The position numbers and the translations under genes were made by a program. From assembly GCA_026418755.1 (NCBI GenBank), contig JAOAAR010000001.1:1-29904 (forward strand): a stretch of DNA of 29,904 nucleotides, in the 5' to 3' direction. Of this stretch, positions 8,007-15,463 are shown piece after piece. Position 1 is the stretch's first letter, and each line of letters opens with the position of its first letter. A model generated the notes under the pieces. It was not told the DNA's origin. It searched no databases and saw nothing but the letters and a program-made list of their open reading frames with translations. The DNA comes from Planctomycetota bacterium (GTDB taxonomy: Bacteria > Planctomycetota > SKW154).

Positions 8007-8035
8007 TTGACAAAAATCTCTTTTTGTGGTATAAT
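8007..8035 (+). promoter_or_regulatory. Perfect-consensus sigma70 promoter with an inverted repeat in the spacer
   Basis: TTGACA (8007-8012), 17 bp, TGnTATAAT (8027-8035). ACAAAAA-TCTC-TTTTTGT (8010-8027) overlaps it. Confidence 0.85.
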
Positions 8036-8064
8036 TATCCGTAGTAATGAGGAAATAATAGAAA

Positions 8065-9006
8065 ATGGACGCCCTTAAATCTATTCTCACAAACCTCATC
8101 AAACGAACAGTCAACACTGAAGATATAGAGTCCGCCCTTAAACCCCTCTGCCGTGAGATTGTCAACTTCAAAATCGCCGACAGAGCATCCGTCATCCTCA
8201 ACAACCTCGAAAAAGCACAACAGTTCACCCGATTTGTGGAAGACAAAATTCCAGGAGCCCCTCCTGACGCATTCGAACTTCCTCAAATTGAGCAACTCCG
8301 CAACTGCGACGAGCCCATAATCTACGAGGATAAAAACGGCGTAGTTAAAACTCGCCTCGCTGTGAGGATCTCCGCCCACAATAGATTCCTCGGTATCTTA
8401 TCTCTCTCCTCCCGCACCCTCCGCAAGTTCTCCACCACCGCCATCCAAACCATCAAAGAAATCGCCTCCGTCCTTGCTATCATGCTCGAGAACCGCATTC
8501 TCCTTATGGATATTCCTCTTCCTCTCTGCCGCACTCACTTACCTGGTCTTTTAGCCTTAAACAGACTCCGTAACAAAGTGATGGAAGAGATAAACAGAGT
8601 TGACCGTTACGGGGGCGTATTTTCGATTCTTATTCTCTCCCCCTCTCCATCGGGAAAACCCCCTGCCCTGTCAAATGGTGAAGCACTCAACTCCCTCAAA
8701 GCATTCATCAACGAAAATGTCCGTCAGACTGATTTTGTCTCACTCTCTCACGATACCGTCGCTGTAGTTATGCCAAATACTTCCGCCAGCGGCGCCACAG
8801 CCGCAGCAAAACGGCTCCGTAAACTCGTCAAAGACAACTGGGGACTCGAACAAGGATTCCTTCTCGAACCCTTCTTCGGAATCTCCACCTACCCACAAGA
8901 TAGTCCTTTCGCTACCACTCTGATTGAAGCGGCAGAAATCGCATTAAACCGCGCCATCAACCAGCACCGCCCACCCATCGAAAACTACTCCTCCCTTTCC
9001 CATTGA
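8065..9006 (+). CDS. GAF domain plus degenerate GGDEF-like domain protein
   Basis: GAF features (ADRASVIL; LAVRISAHNRFLGILSLSSRTLRKFS). GGDEF-fold features (HLPGL, EINRVDRYGGVFSILIL, RQTD, VAVVMP, FGISTYPQD, LIEAAEIAL) without the GG(D/E)EF motif. Confidence 0.75.
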   Translation: MDALKSILTNLIKRTVNTEDIESALKPLCREIVNFKIADRASVILNNLEKAQQFTRFVEDKIPGAPPDAFELPQIEQLRNCDEPIIYEDKNGVVKTRLAVRISAHNRFLGILSLSSRTLRKFSTTAIQTIKEIASVLAIMLENRILLMDIPLPLCRTHLPGLLALNRLRNKVMEEINRVDRYGGVFSILILSPSPSGKPPALSNGEALNSLKAFINENVRQTDFVSLSHDTVAVVMPNTSASGATAAAKRLRKLVKDNWGLEQGFLLEPFFGISTYPQDSPFATTLIEAAEIALNRAINQHRPPIENYSSLSH

Positions 9007-9066
9007 CACCTCTATAACTGTTACCACCATTCCGCCTTAACATCTCCTTGAATGATAAAGTTTTAC

Positions 9067-9095
9067 TTGAAAATTGTAGAATGAGACTTTATTTT
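9067..9095 (+). promoter_or_regulatory. Possible sigma70 promoter for the PilZ gene
   Basis: TTGAAA (9067-9072), 17 bp, TATTTT (9090-9095). The region is AT-rich, so a chance match is possible. Confidence 0.35.
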
Positions 9096-9236
9096 AATAG
9101 AGATGGGGGGTCATAAAGGTGAAATCTCATATGCTGCGAAAACAGCGACAATAAGAAGCGAAAAGGTAGGTTGTTAATAGAATCTGCAATATATAATTCG
9201 TCTAAAATTATAGAGGAGGAAGGAGAGAAAGAAAGT

Positions 9237-9620
9237 ATGAGACAGTTTGGGAAGATACAAGCAGACATTAGTGTTCTTTATAAATTCATCACGAAGGATA
9301 CAGGAACTCCCGAGCAAAGCGTCCATCAAGGGACTTCAAGAGACATTTCCGCAACAGGGTTGACTCTGCGCGCACAACTGCCCGAACCAAGTATCCTCCA
9401 TTCCATCATCTCAGGAAACACATACATTGGGTTAAATATTATACTTCCCAACCGGGAATCTCCTGTAAAGGCATTGTCGCGCCTTATCTGGCTTGAGATT
9501 GATGAGCGCGACCCCCGCTTCATCCATATGGGACTAAAGTTTGTTACGATTGATAAATCCGACAAAGACGAGTTAACGAGGTTTGTGATTCGCTCACAGA
9601 TTTCGCGCGGTAGTCTTTAA
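9237..9620 (+). CDS. Stand-alone PilZ domain protein
   Basis: DISATG (D/NxSxxG), KALSRLIW, MGLKFVTID...LTRFV are typical of PilZ. ATG 9237 follows AGGAG; the ORF track start at TTG 9171 is less likely. Confidence 0.85.
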   Translation: MRQFGKIQADISVLYKFITKDTGTPEQSVHQGTSRDISATGLTLRAQLPEPSILHSIISGNTYIGLNIILPNRESPVKALSRLIWLEIDERDPRFIHMGLKFVTIDKSDKDELTRFVIRSQISRGSL

Positions 9621-9632
9621 CCCTCTTACTCA

Positions 9633-10670
9633 TCACAACCGTTCATGTAACCGCACCAACGAGAAGTTCTCGTTTTCAAACATCTCAACCTTCTTTTCTA
9701 TGAAGCGAGAGATGGTATATATGTTGGTTTTGATATGTTCACTTAGACGGTTGGTCGAAAGAGAGCATTCCGCCTCGACAGTAGCAAAAGGAAGCAGAAG
9801 TTGGTCTGCACACCTTGCATCTACAGCTCCATCTGAGCGCAAAAACGAAAGAGCCTCCTCGGCAACTTCGTCAGCCACTTCCTCAGCCGCTCTGCCCTTC
9901 TCTCCAACCGCCGCAAACCCTGCCACTGTATCCTCAAACTCACAAAGAAGCAAAACAGCGTTTCCAGGAGATGTCGCAGGTGGCGCCACTACCTCTGCCT
10001 CTATTTTGCCGAACCCTTTCAACCGGTTTTGAATTGTGGAGATTTCACGCTCCGCAATGTGCCAGGGAAGAGATGTGAGAGTAATAAAAACAAAGAGGCG
10101 TTTCATCTCCCCTCTCTTCTCCAGTTTAAGGGGAGAAAGGCTTCTGACGGCAGGAACCTCCGCGGTGATTCTCCCACCCCCTTTGGGATAGTATCCTGCC
10201 CTTTCAAGGGAGAGAGAAAGAGGAAGCCCCACCTTTTCGAGAAAGTGTGAAAAGACAAGTCTGATGTAGTCATAAGAAGGGCTCCATTTGGTATGAGTCC
10301 CTCCAATGATGGAGACTCTGCCTCCTCCTGCGAACGCAAGAGGAAGGTAGACGGTCTGAAGGAGAAGAAGAGAAGAGCCCGCTGTCTTTATCTCAAATTC
10401 AAACTCTCCGCCTTTCAGACTTTTAGGTCTGAAAACTATTTCACTTGAGCCGAGCGTTGCACCTTCAACCTCGGCATCGCAGATTCTCGCCATTGCGAGA
10501 AGCGCTTCCAGATGTTGTGCCGCAAGACCAGGCTTCGGTCTATTCGCCCTGATTCGGACCATCCTGAAAGGCTTCCCTGTCAGGGCAGAAAGAGTAAGCG
10601 AACTCCTTAACATCTGTCCCCCGCCTTCCCCTATACCACCGTCTATCTCTATCACTGAAATCCCTTTCAA
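9633..10670 (-). CDS. rtcA: RNA 3'-terminal phosphate cyclase
   Basis: [50 protein letters not shown], and the catalytic His region EHIKTN. The start may be GTG 10655. Confidence 0.95.
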   Translation of the reverse strand: MKGISVIEIDGGIGEGGGQMLRSSLTLSALTGKPFRMVRIRANRPKPGLAAQHLEALLAMARICDAEVEGATLGSSEIVFRPKSLKGGEFEFEIKTAGSSLLLLQTVYLPLAFAGGGRVSIIGGTHTKWSPSYDYIRLVFSHFLEKVGLPLSLSLERAGYYPKGGGRITAEVPAVRSLSPLKLEKRGEMKRLFVFITLTSLPWHIAEREISTIQNRLKGFGKIEAEVVAPPATSPGNAVLLLCEFEDTVAGFAAVGEKGRAAEEVADEVAEEALSFLRSDGAVDARCADQLLLPFATVEAECSLSTNRLSEHIKTNIYTISRFIEKKVEMFENENFSLVRLHERL

Positions 10671-10771
10671 ACCTCCACCATTATAATAAAAAAGTCGCAG
10701 AACGGAGAAGAAATCCTAACGGCACAAGGAGCCTTTGCGTATAATGTTTTTGAGAGTAGGGGGAGGGAAAA

Positions 10772-11524
10772 ATGCGTGCTATTGTGTTAGCGGTAGTCGG
10801 AGGAGCAGTTGCTGTTTTATCTGCGCTGCTCTACTCCCGATTTAGCGTAATTGAAAGGAATGAGTCGAAAGCGGTTTCAAGTGCCGACAAAGAACACCTT
10901 GAAAGAATCGAGAAGACTTTAAACGAAATCCAGCGACGGCTTCAGCGGTTAGAGACGCTCTCAGCCACTCTGGAGGATGCGGTTCTTCGACCGCCTGACT
11001 TCTCTCCGCCAAAGAGCAGTACATCCTCTTCTTCTCTCAGCACACCGTCCCCTTCTTCGTCGAGTAACCCGCCCGAGAAGAAAGCGGTTCCGGCGACTGC
11101 AGAGGCGTCTGAAACCGAGCGTCTGCGCCAACTCATTCGCGAAGAGTTAAAGCGCTCCAAAGAGGAAGAGATGAAAAGATGGCGTGAGCAGAGCAGAATA
11201 GAACAACCGGAAGAATGGGAAAAACAAGAGTTTGGTGAGTATGCCTGGTATGTCCGCCAGAGAGGAAAAGAACTGAATTTGACAGATGCCCAAAAACGGC
11301 AATATTACGCCATAATAAAGGACTACTACGACAGGTCTCGGACCTTGTGGGAGGAACTGCGAAAGAACAATCCTAATAGCGACTGGCGCAAGTTGGGCGA
11401 ACTCTATCAGGAGCGCTCGAGCGAACTACTCAAAACTACGAGAGAACTCGTCCTTCGTATCCTCGATTCTGAACAGCAGAAAAAATATCGCGAAATGTTT
11501 GAAGACAATGAATGGTATCGTTAA
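10772..11524 (+). CDS. Membrane-anchored or exported hypothetical protein: coiled coil, Ser/Pro linker, LTxxQ (Spy/CpxP-like) helical C-terminus
   Basis: Hydrophobic N-terminus, heptad-like segment LERIEKTLNEIQRRLQRLE, linker SSTSSSSLSTPSPSSSS, motifs LNLTDAQ and LDSEQQKKY. GGGAGG RBS. Confidence 0.75.
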   Translation: MRAIVLAVVGGAVAVLSALLYSRFSVIERNESKAVSSADKEHLERIEKTLNEIQRRLQRLETLSATLEDAVLRPPDFSPPKSSTSSSSLSTPSPSSSSNPPEKKAVPATAEASETERLRQLIREELKRSKEEEMKRWREQSRIEQPEEWEKQEFGEYAWYVRQRGKELNLTDAQKRQYYAIIKDYYDRSRTLWEELRKNNPNSDWRKLGELYQERSSELLKTTRELVLRILDSEQQKKYREMFEDNEWYR

Positions 11525-11714
11525 TTTTCTGATACAGCCTGCATCAGACCCTTTCTTCCTGCCTCTCCTCTCTACCAAATCTTGTTGGTTCGGTTCCCCG
11601 CTCGTAACGACATGATGAATGGGCACAATCCTCCTTCAAGTAAAATTGGATGGCGTATGTTGAAATCAAGAGAAGAATTTGGAGAATAATGGGGAGTAGA
11701 TAGGAGAAGATGAT

Positions 11715-12860
11715 ATGGATACGGAATGGAGCAAGATACGGTCAGAGTTTCCTGCGCTGTCGAGGTTCTGTTATCTGAACACAGCGGGGAGCGGCGTCGT
11801 ATCCCAACGAGTTGCTGCTGCAGGGGCACGGAATTTCAGCGACTACACACAGTTTGGCGGCGTCCCATCACCCCAGTGGAACGAGCAGATTGAAAAGATT
11901 CGAGCCAATGTGGGCAGATTCCTCGGAGTAACTCCCGAAGAGATAGCATTTGTCCCTTCTACATCATGGGGAATGAACCTAATTGCGTTGATGTTGAAGC
12001 AATCGTCAAAGCGGAAAGTCGTAATGTCTGATTTGGAGTTTCCGTCAACATCTCTGCCATTTTTGAATGCAGGCTTCGATGTAGTGTTCGTAGAGAGTAA
12101 AAACGGAGCAGCAAAGGTGGAGAAGTATGCAGAAGCGGCGGACAGTGCTACTCTGGCAGTAGTAGCCTCTGTGACACAGTATTTGACAGGATGGCGAAAT
12201 GATGCGAAAGAGTTGGCGAAAGTGGCGAGAAAAAACGAGGCGTATCTTGTTCTCAACCTAAATCAGGTAGCAGGCTCCTTCAAGGTCAACTTACGAGAAG
12301 CAGACGCTGATTTTGCGTGTTTTACAGGGGTAAAATGGCTCTGTGCCGGAGAGGTAATGGGAGTGTTGTATGTGAGAAGGCAGTTGCTAGACGCATTCAC
12401 ACCCCCAGTTTTCGGCTGGAGAAGCGTGCAAGAGCCATATGATATGGATAACAGAAACATTGTGCCAGTAGATTCTTGCCGCAGATTCGAACTCGGAAAC
12501 ATTCCCCTGCCCTGTGTCTTTGCGTTAGACGAGGCAATCAAGTTCTACGAAGAGGTAGGCGCAAAAAGAGTCGAAGACCGAACGCTTTATTTGTCGAAAA
12601 AATTAGCAGAGTCCTTGATTGAGGCAGGATACAGTGTGGTCACGCCTTATGAGGAAGCAAAACACAGGAGTGGAATCATCTATTTTGAAGTGGAAGATGC
12701 TAAAGAAGTTGTCGAGAGATTAGGAAGAATGGGAGTGATTGTGTCTTACAGGCGGGGAGGTGTGCGAGCATCTATCCACTATTACAACAATGAAGAGGAT
12801 ATAGAGAGGTTCATTGATTCTTTAAGGATGGTGAAGGCGGTGCCGAAAAGGAAGAAGTAA
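11715..12860 (+). CDS. Class V PLP-dependent enzyme (cysteine desulfurase/selenocysteine lyase/kynureninase-like superfamily), function unknown
   Basis: RSEFPAL..CYLNTAG, FVPSTSWG, EFPS, PLP lysine in TGVKWL, RFELGN, VRASIHYYNNEEDI. Confidence 0.85.
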   Translation: MDTEWSKIRSEFPALSRFCYLNTAGSGVVSQRVAAAGARNFSDYTQFGGVPSPQWNEQIEKIRANVGRFLGVTPEEIAFVPSTSWGMNLIALMLKQSSKRKVVMSDLEFPSTSLPFLNAGFDVVFVESKNGAAKVEKYAEAADSATLAVVASVTQYLTGWRNDAKELAKVARKNEAYLVLNLNQVAGSFKVNLREADADFACFTGVKWLCAGEVMGVLYVRRQLLDAFTPPVFGWRSVQEPYDMDNRNIVPVDSCRRFELGNIPLPCVFALDEAIKFYEEVGAKRVEDRTLYLSKKLAESLIEAGYSVVTPYEEAKHRSGIIYFEVEDAKEVVERLGRMGVIVSYRRGGVRASIHYYNNEEDIERFIDSLRMVKAVPKRKK

Positions 12861-12863
12861 GCG

Positions 12864-13385
12864 ATGAAGAAAGTTCTTTTTGTAGTAGATATGTTGAAGG
12901 CATTTCTGAAAGAGGGGAGCGCACTTTATTGCGGGGAGAAATCTCGCTCTATAATCCCTTTTGTTCGTAAAAAGATAGAAGAGTTTAATTCAAGAGACGA
13001 GTTTGTTTTTTTTATCTGTGACAGACACAAAAAAAACGATAAAGAGTTCGAGAGATTCCCAGCACACTCGATTGAAGGAACAGAAGAGGCAGAACTGGTC
13101 GACGAGTTAAAGAATTCCGCCAAAAACTGCGTATATATTTACAAACGAAGGTACAGCGGGTTCTACGAGACCGTGCTAGACGAGCACCTCAAAGCAATCA
13201 AGCCCGACCTGGTTGAGGTGGTAGGAGTCTGCACGAACATATGTATCCTATACACAGTGGAGGAGTTGTGCAACCGAGATATAAAGGTGCGTGTTTTTCG
13301 TGAAGGAGTAGCGTCATTTGATGAAGATGCACATAATTGGGCGTTAAAACAGATGAAGACAGTCCTCGGAGCAGAGGTGGTTTGA
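12864..13385 (+). CDS. Isochorismatase-family cysteine hydrolase, probably nicotinamidase (PncA-like)
   Basis: Asp-Lys-Cys triad (VVDML, YKRRYSGF, GVCTNIC) and metal ligands (CDRH, FPAH). A pncB-like gene lies 7 kb away. Confidence 0.8.
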   Translation: MKKVLFVVDMLKAFLKEGSALYCGEKSRSIIPFVRKKIEEFNSRDEFVFFICDRHKKNDKEFERFPAHSIEGTEEAELVDELKNSAKNCVYIYKRRYSGFYETVLDEHLKAIKPDLVEVVGVCTNICILYTVEELCNRDIKVRVFREGVASFDEDAHNWALKQMKTVLGAEVV

Positions 13386-13402
13386 ATAAAGGAGAGAAGA
13401 AA

Positions 13403-13594
13403 ATGTGTGAGTCAAATGCGTATTTGAGAGACGGGAAAAAAGAGGTTCTAATTATGAAAGATGTAAGCCGTGTAGATGTTGAGTGGGAGAGAATCATTCT
13501 GGTTGATGTGATGGGAAACCGCAAGGAGGTTAAAGGGGTATTGTTACAAGTAGATTTTGATGAGCATCGGTTCTACATAGAGAGGCGTGAATGA
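13403..13594 (+). CDS. cooT: CooT family nickel-binding protein
   Basis: 63 aa MCESNAYL...IMKDV..V.....ILVDVMGNRKEV.G.LLQVDFDEH, with Cys2 and the late His. AGGAG upstream of ATG 13403. Confidence 0.8.
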   Translation: MCESNAYLRDGKKEVLIMKDVSRVDVEWERIILVDVMGNRKEVKGVLLQVDFDEHRFYIERRE

Positions 13595-13633
13595 AGTGGA
13601 TGCCACTCAACTCTTTTGACAGGCTGATAAGAG

Positions 13634-15463
13634 ATGACTCACGGTTTCGGAGGCGGCGGGAGAGGCTTCGGAGGCGGCGGGCGGCTTACACCTGCTTCAA
13701 GTGACGAAGAAGAATCTGTAAGTCTTTCCTACCTGAAAAAGATTTTTCCATACCTGCGCCCGTATAGAACAGCCATATTTTTAGGTTTCTTCGGCAGTCT
13801 CATTACAAAGGGGGGGCAGGTGATAAGCCCATTTTTTGTCGGCAAGGCAGTGGATGCAATTGTTCTCTGGAACGACCAGACTCTGGTCTACTGGTGCATA
13901 GGTGCAATAATGCTGGCAATCATAACAGAAGTATCAGGTGAGTTCATATGGCGCACTACTCTCGTAGGAACAAGTTATCAAGTGGAGACAGACATAAGGA
14001 ACAAGTTCTTCTCCCATGTGTTGAAGATGTCGCATTCGTGGTTCGACAAGGCGAGAACAGGAGACTTGATGAGCCGTGCGACGAGCGATATTGGTACGAT
14101 TAGAGGAATGGTCGAGTTTGGACTTGTGAGTATCGTTCGGAACACGATTCTTTGTATAGGTGCCCTCGCGCTAATGCTGCGTATCAGTCCGTTCTTGACT
14201 CTTCTCTCGCTTGCGCCGCTTGCAGGCCTGACAATAACAGTGCGCCTAATGGGACCTATGCTACATCGGCGTGCGAGAGAGGTTCAAGAGCAAATAGCAG
14301 AGGTGAGTGCGAAAGCACAGGAAAACTTCACAGGTATCCGCGTGGTAAAATCATATGGAATGGAGGAAGCAGAAAAGAACCGCTTTGCAGCCCTCTCAAA
14401 GGATTACTACAAAAAGACAATGTCTCTGGCGAAAGCATCCGCATTCTTGCACACTCTTCTCGGGATGATATTTGAGACAGCCATCCTTTTAATTCTGTTT
14501 GTCGGAGGGCGCTCTATCATTTTCGGGAAGTTGTCATATGGCGAGTTCGTCGAGTTCATAGGGTATCAGATGATGTTAATATGGCCTATGATCTCGTTCG
14601 GAATGATTATTGCTGTAATGCAGAGGGGGGCTGCGTCGTTGTATCGAATTGAGAAAATCCTCTCGGAAGATGTGCAGATTGTAGAGCCGCAGGATACGGT
14701 TGAGATGAAGAGTCTGCGCGGCGACATAATTATCAGGAATCTGAACTTCTCATATAACGCCACACCTGTCCTGAAAGAATTGAATCTCAAGATAGAGGGA
14801 GGAAAAGTCACAGCGATAACAGGTCCTGTAGGGTGTGGAAAAAGCACTCTTGTCCTACTTCTCTCACGGCTTTACGAAGTTCCAGAAGGGACGATTTTCT
14901 ATGGCGGAGTAGATGTAAGGAAAATTCCACTCCGCCTGTTGCACAGGAAAATAGCATATGCACCACAAGAACCGTTCCTCTTCTCGGAAACCGTCGCTGA
15001 CAACATCAAGTTTGGAAAACCCGAAGCGACTGACGAAGAGGTGCGTTACTATGCAAAACTCGCAGGGATTGCAGAAGAGATAGAAGAGTTGCCCGACAAA
15101 TATGCGCAGATTGTCGGAGAACGAGGAGTCACCCTCTCAGGAGGACAGAAACAGCGCGTCTCTCTGGCAAGAGCACTCATTTCACAGCCTGATGTTCTGA
15201 TAATGGACGACACCCTTTCGTCAGTAGACAGTCAAAAAGAAGATGAAATCATGAACGGTCTACGCGACTATTTCAAAGGAAGAACAGTAATAATAGTCTC
15301 TCACAGAATTTCGACTCTGAAGTATGCTGACAAGATAGTGGTAATTTCAGAGGGGAGAATCGTTGAAGAGGGCTCACACCAAGAGTTGACAACAAAGAAC
15401 GGCTTATACAAGCAACTCTACGAGAGACAGAGAATAAAAGAGATGGTTGCGGAGACAAGATGA
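13634..15463 (+). CDS. Type IV ABC exporter half-transporter (TMD+NBD), subunit with a degenerate Walker B
   Basis: Six-TM TMD (RTGDLMSRATSD), Walker A GPVGCGKST, LSGGQKQR, Walker B IMDDTLSSVD (D in place of the catalytic E). Confidence 0.92.
   Translation: MTHGFGGGGRGFGGGGRLTPASSDEEESVSLSYLKKIFPYLRPYRTAIFLGFFGSLITKGGQVISPFFVGKAVDAIVLWNDQTLVYWCIGAIMLAIITEVSGEFIWRTTLVGTSYQVETDIRNKFFSHVLKMSHSWFDKARTGDLMSRATSDIGTIRGMVEFGLVSIVRNTILCIGALALMLRISPFLTLLSLAPLAGLTITVRLMGPMLHRRAREVQEQIAEVSAKAQENFTGIRVVKSYGMEEAEKNRFAALSKDYYKKTMSLAKASAFLHTLLGMIFETAILLILFVGGRSIIFGKLSYGEFVEFIGYQMMLIWPMISFGMIIAVMQRGAASLYRIEKILSEDVQIVEPQDTVEMKSLRGDIIIRNLNFSYNATPVLKELNLKIEGGKVTAITGPVGCGKSTLVLLLSRLYEVPEGTIFYGGVDVRKIPLRLLHRKIAYAPQEPFLFSETVADNIKFGKPEATDEEVRYYAKLAGIAEEIEELPDKYAQIVGERGVTLSGGQKQRVSLARALISQPDVLIMDDTLSSVDSQKEDEIMNGLRDYFKGRTVIIVSHRISTLKYADKIVVISEGRIVEEGSHQELTTKNGLYKQLYERQRIKEMVAETR
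13643..13684 (+). repeat. Tandem 21-nt near-duplicate encoding GFGGGGR twice
   Basis: ggtttcggaggcggcgggaga / ggcttcggaggcggcgggcgg. Confidence 0.8.

Noticed and set aside
9633-9900. RtcA has RCADQ where homologs have (H/Y)LADQ
   Set aside because: The Asp-Gln and the downstream catalytic His are intact, so this is probably ordinary divergence.
11586-11602. GGTTCGGTTCCCC resembling a tRNA T-arm or attachment site
   Set aside because: The T-loop lacks A58, the T-stem pairs only 2 bp, no D-arm, anticodon arm or CCA can be folded, and there is no integrase nearby.
11426-11626. 66-aa - strand ORF with a nearby GGAGG
   Set aside because: The SD spacing is only 3 nt, the ORF overlaps the 10772-11524 gene by about 100 bp, and it has no motif.
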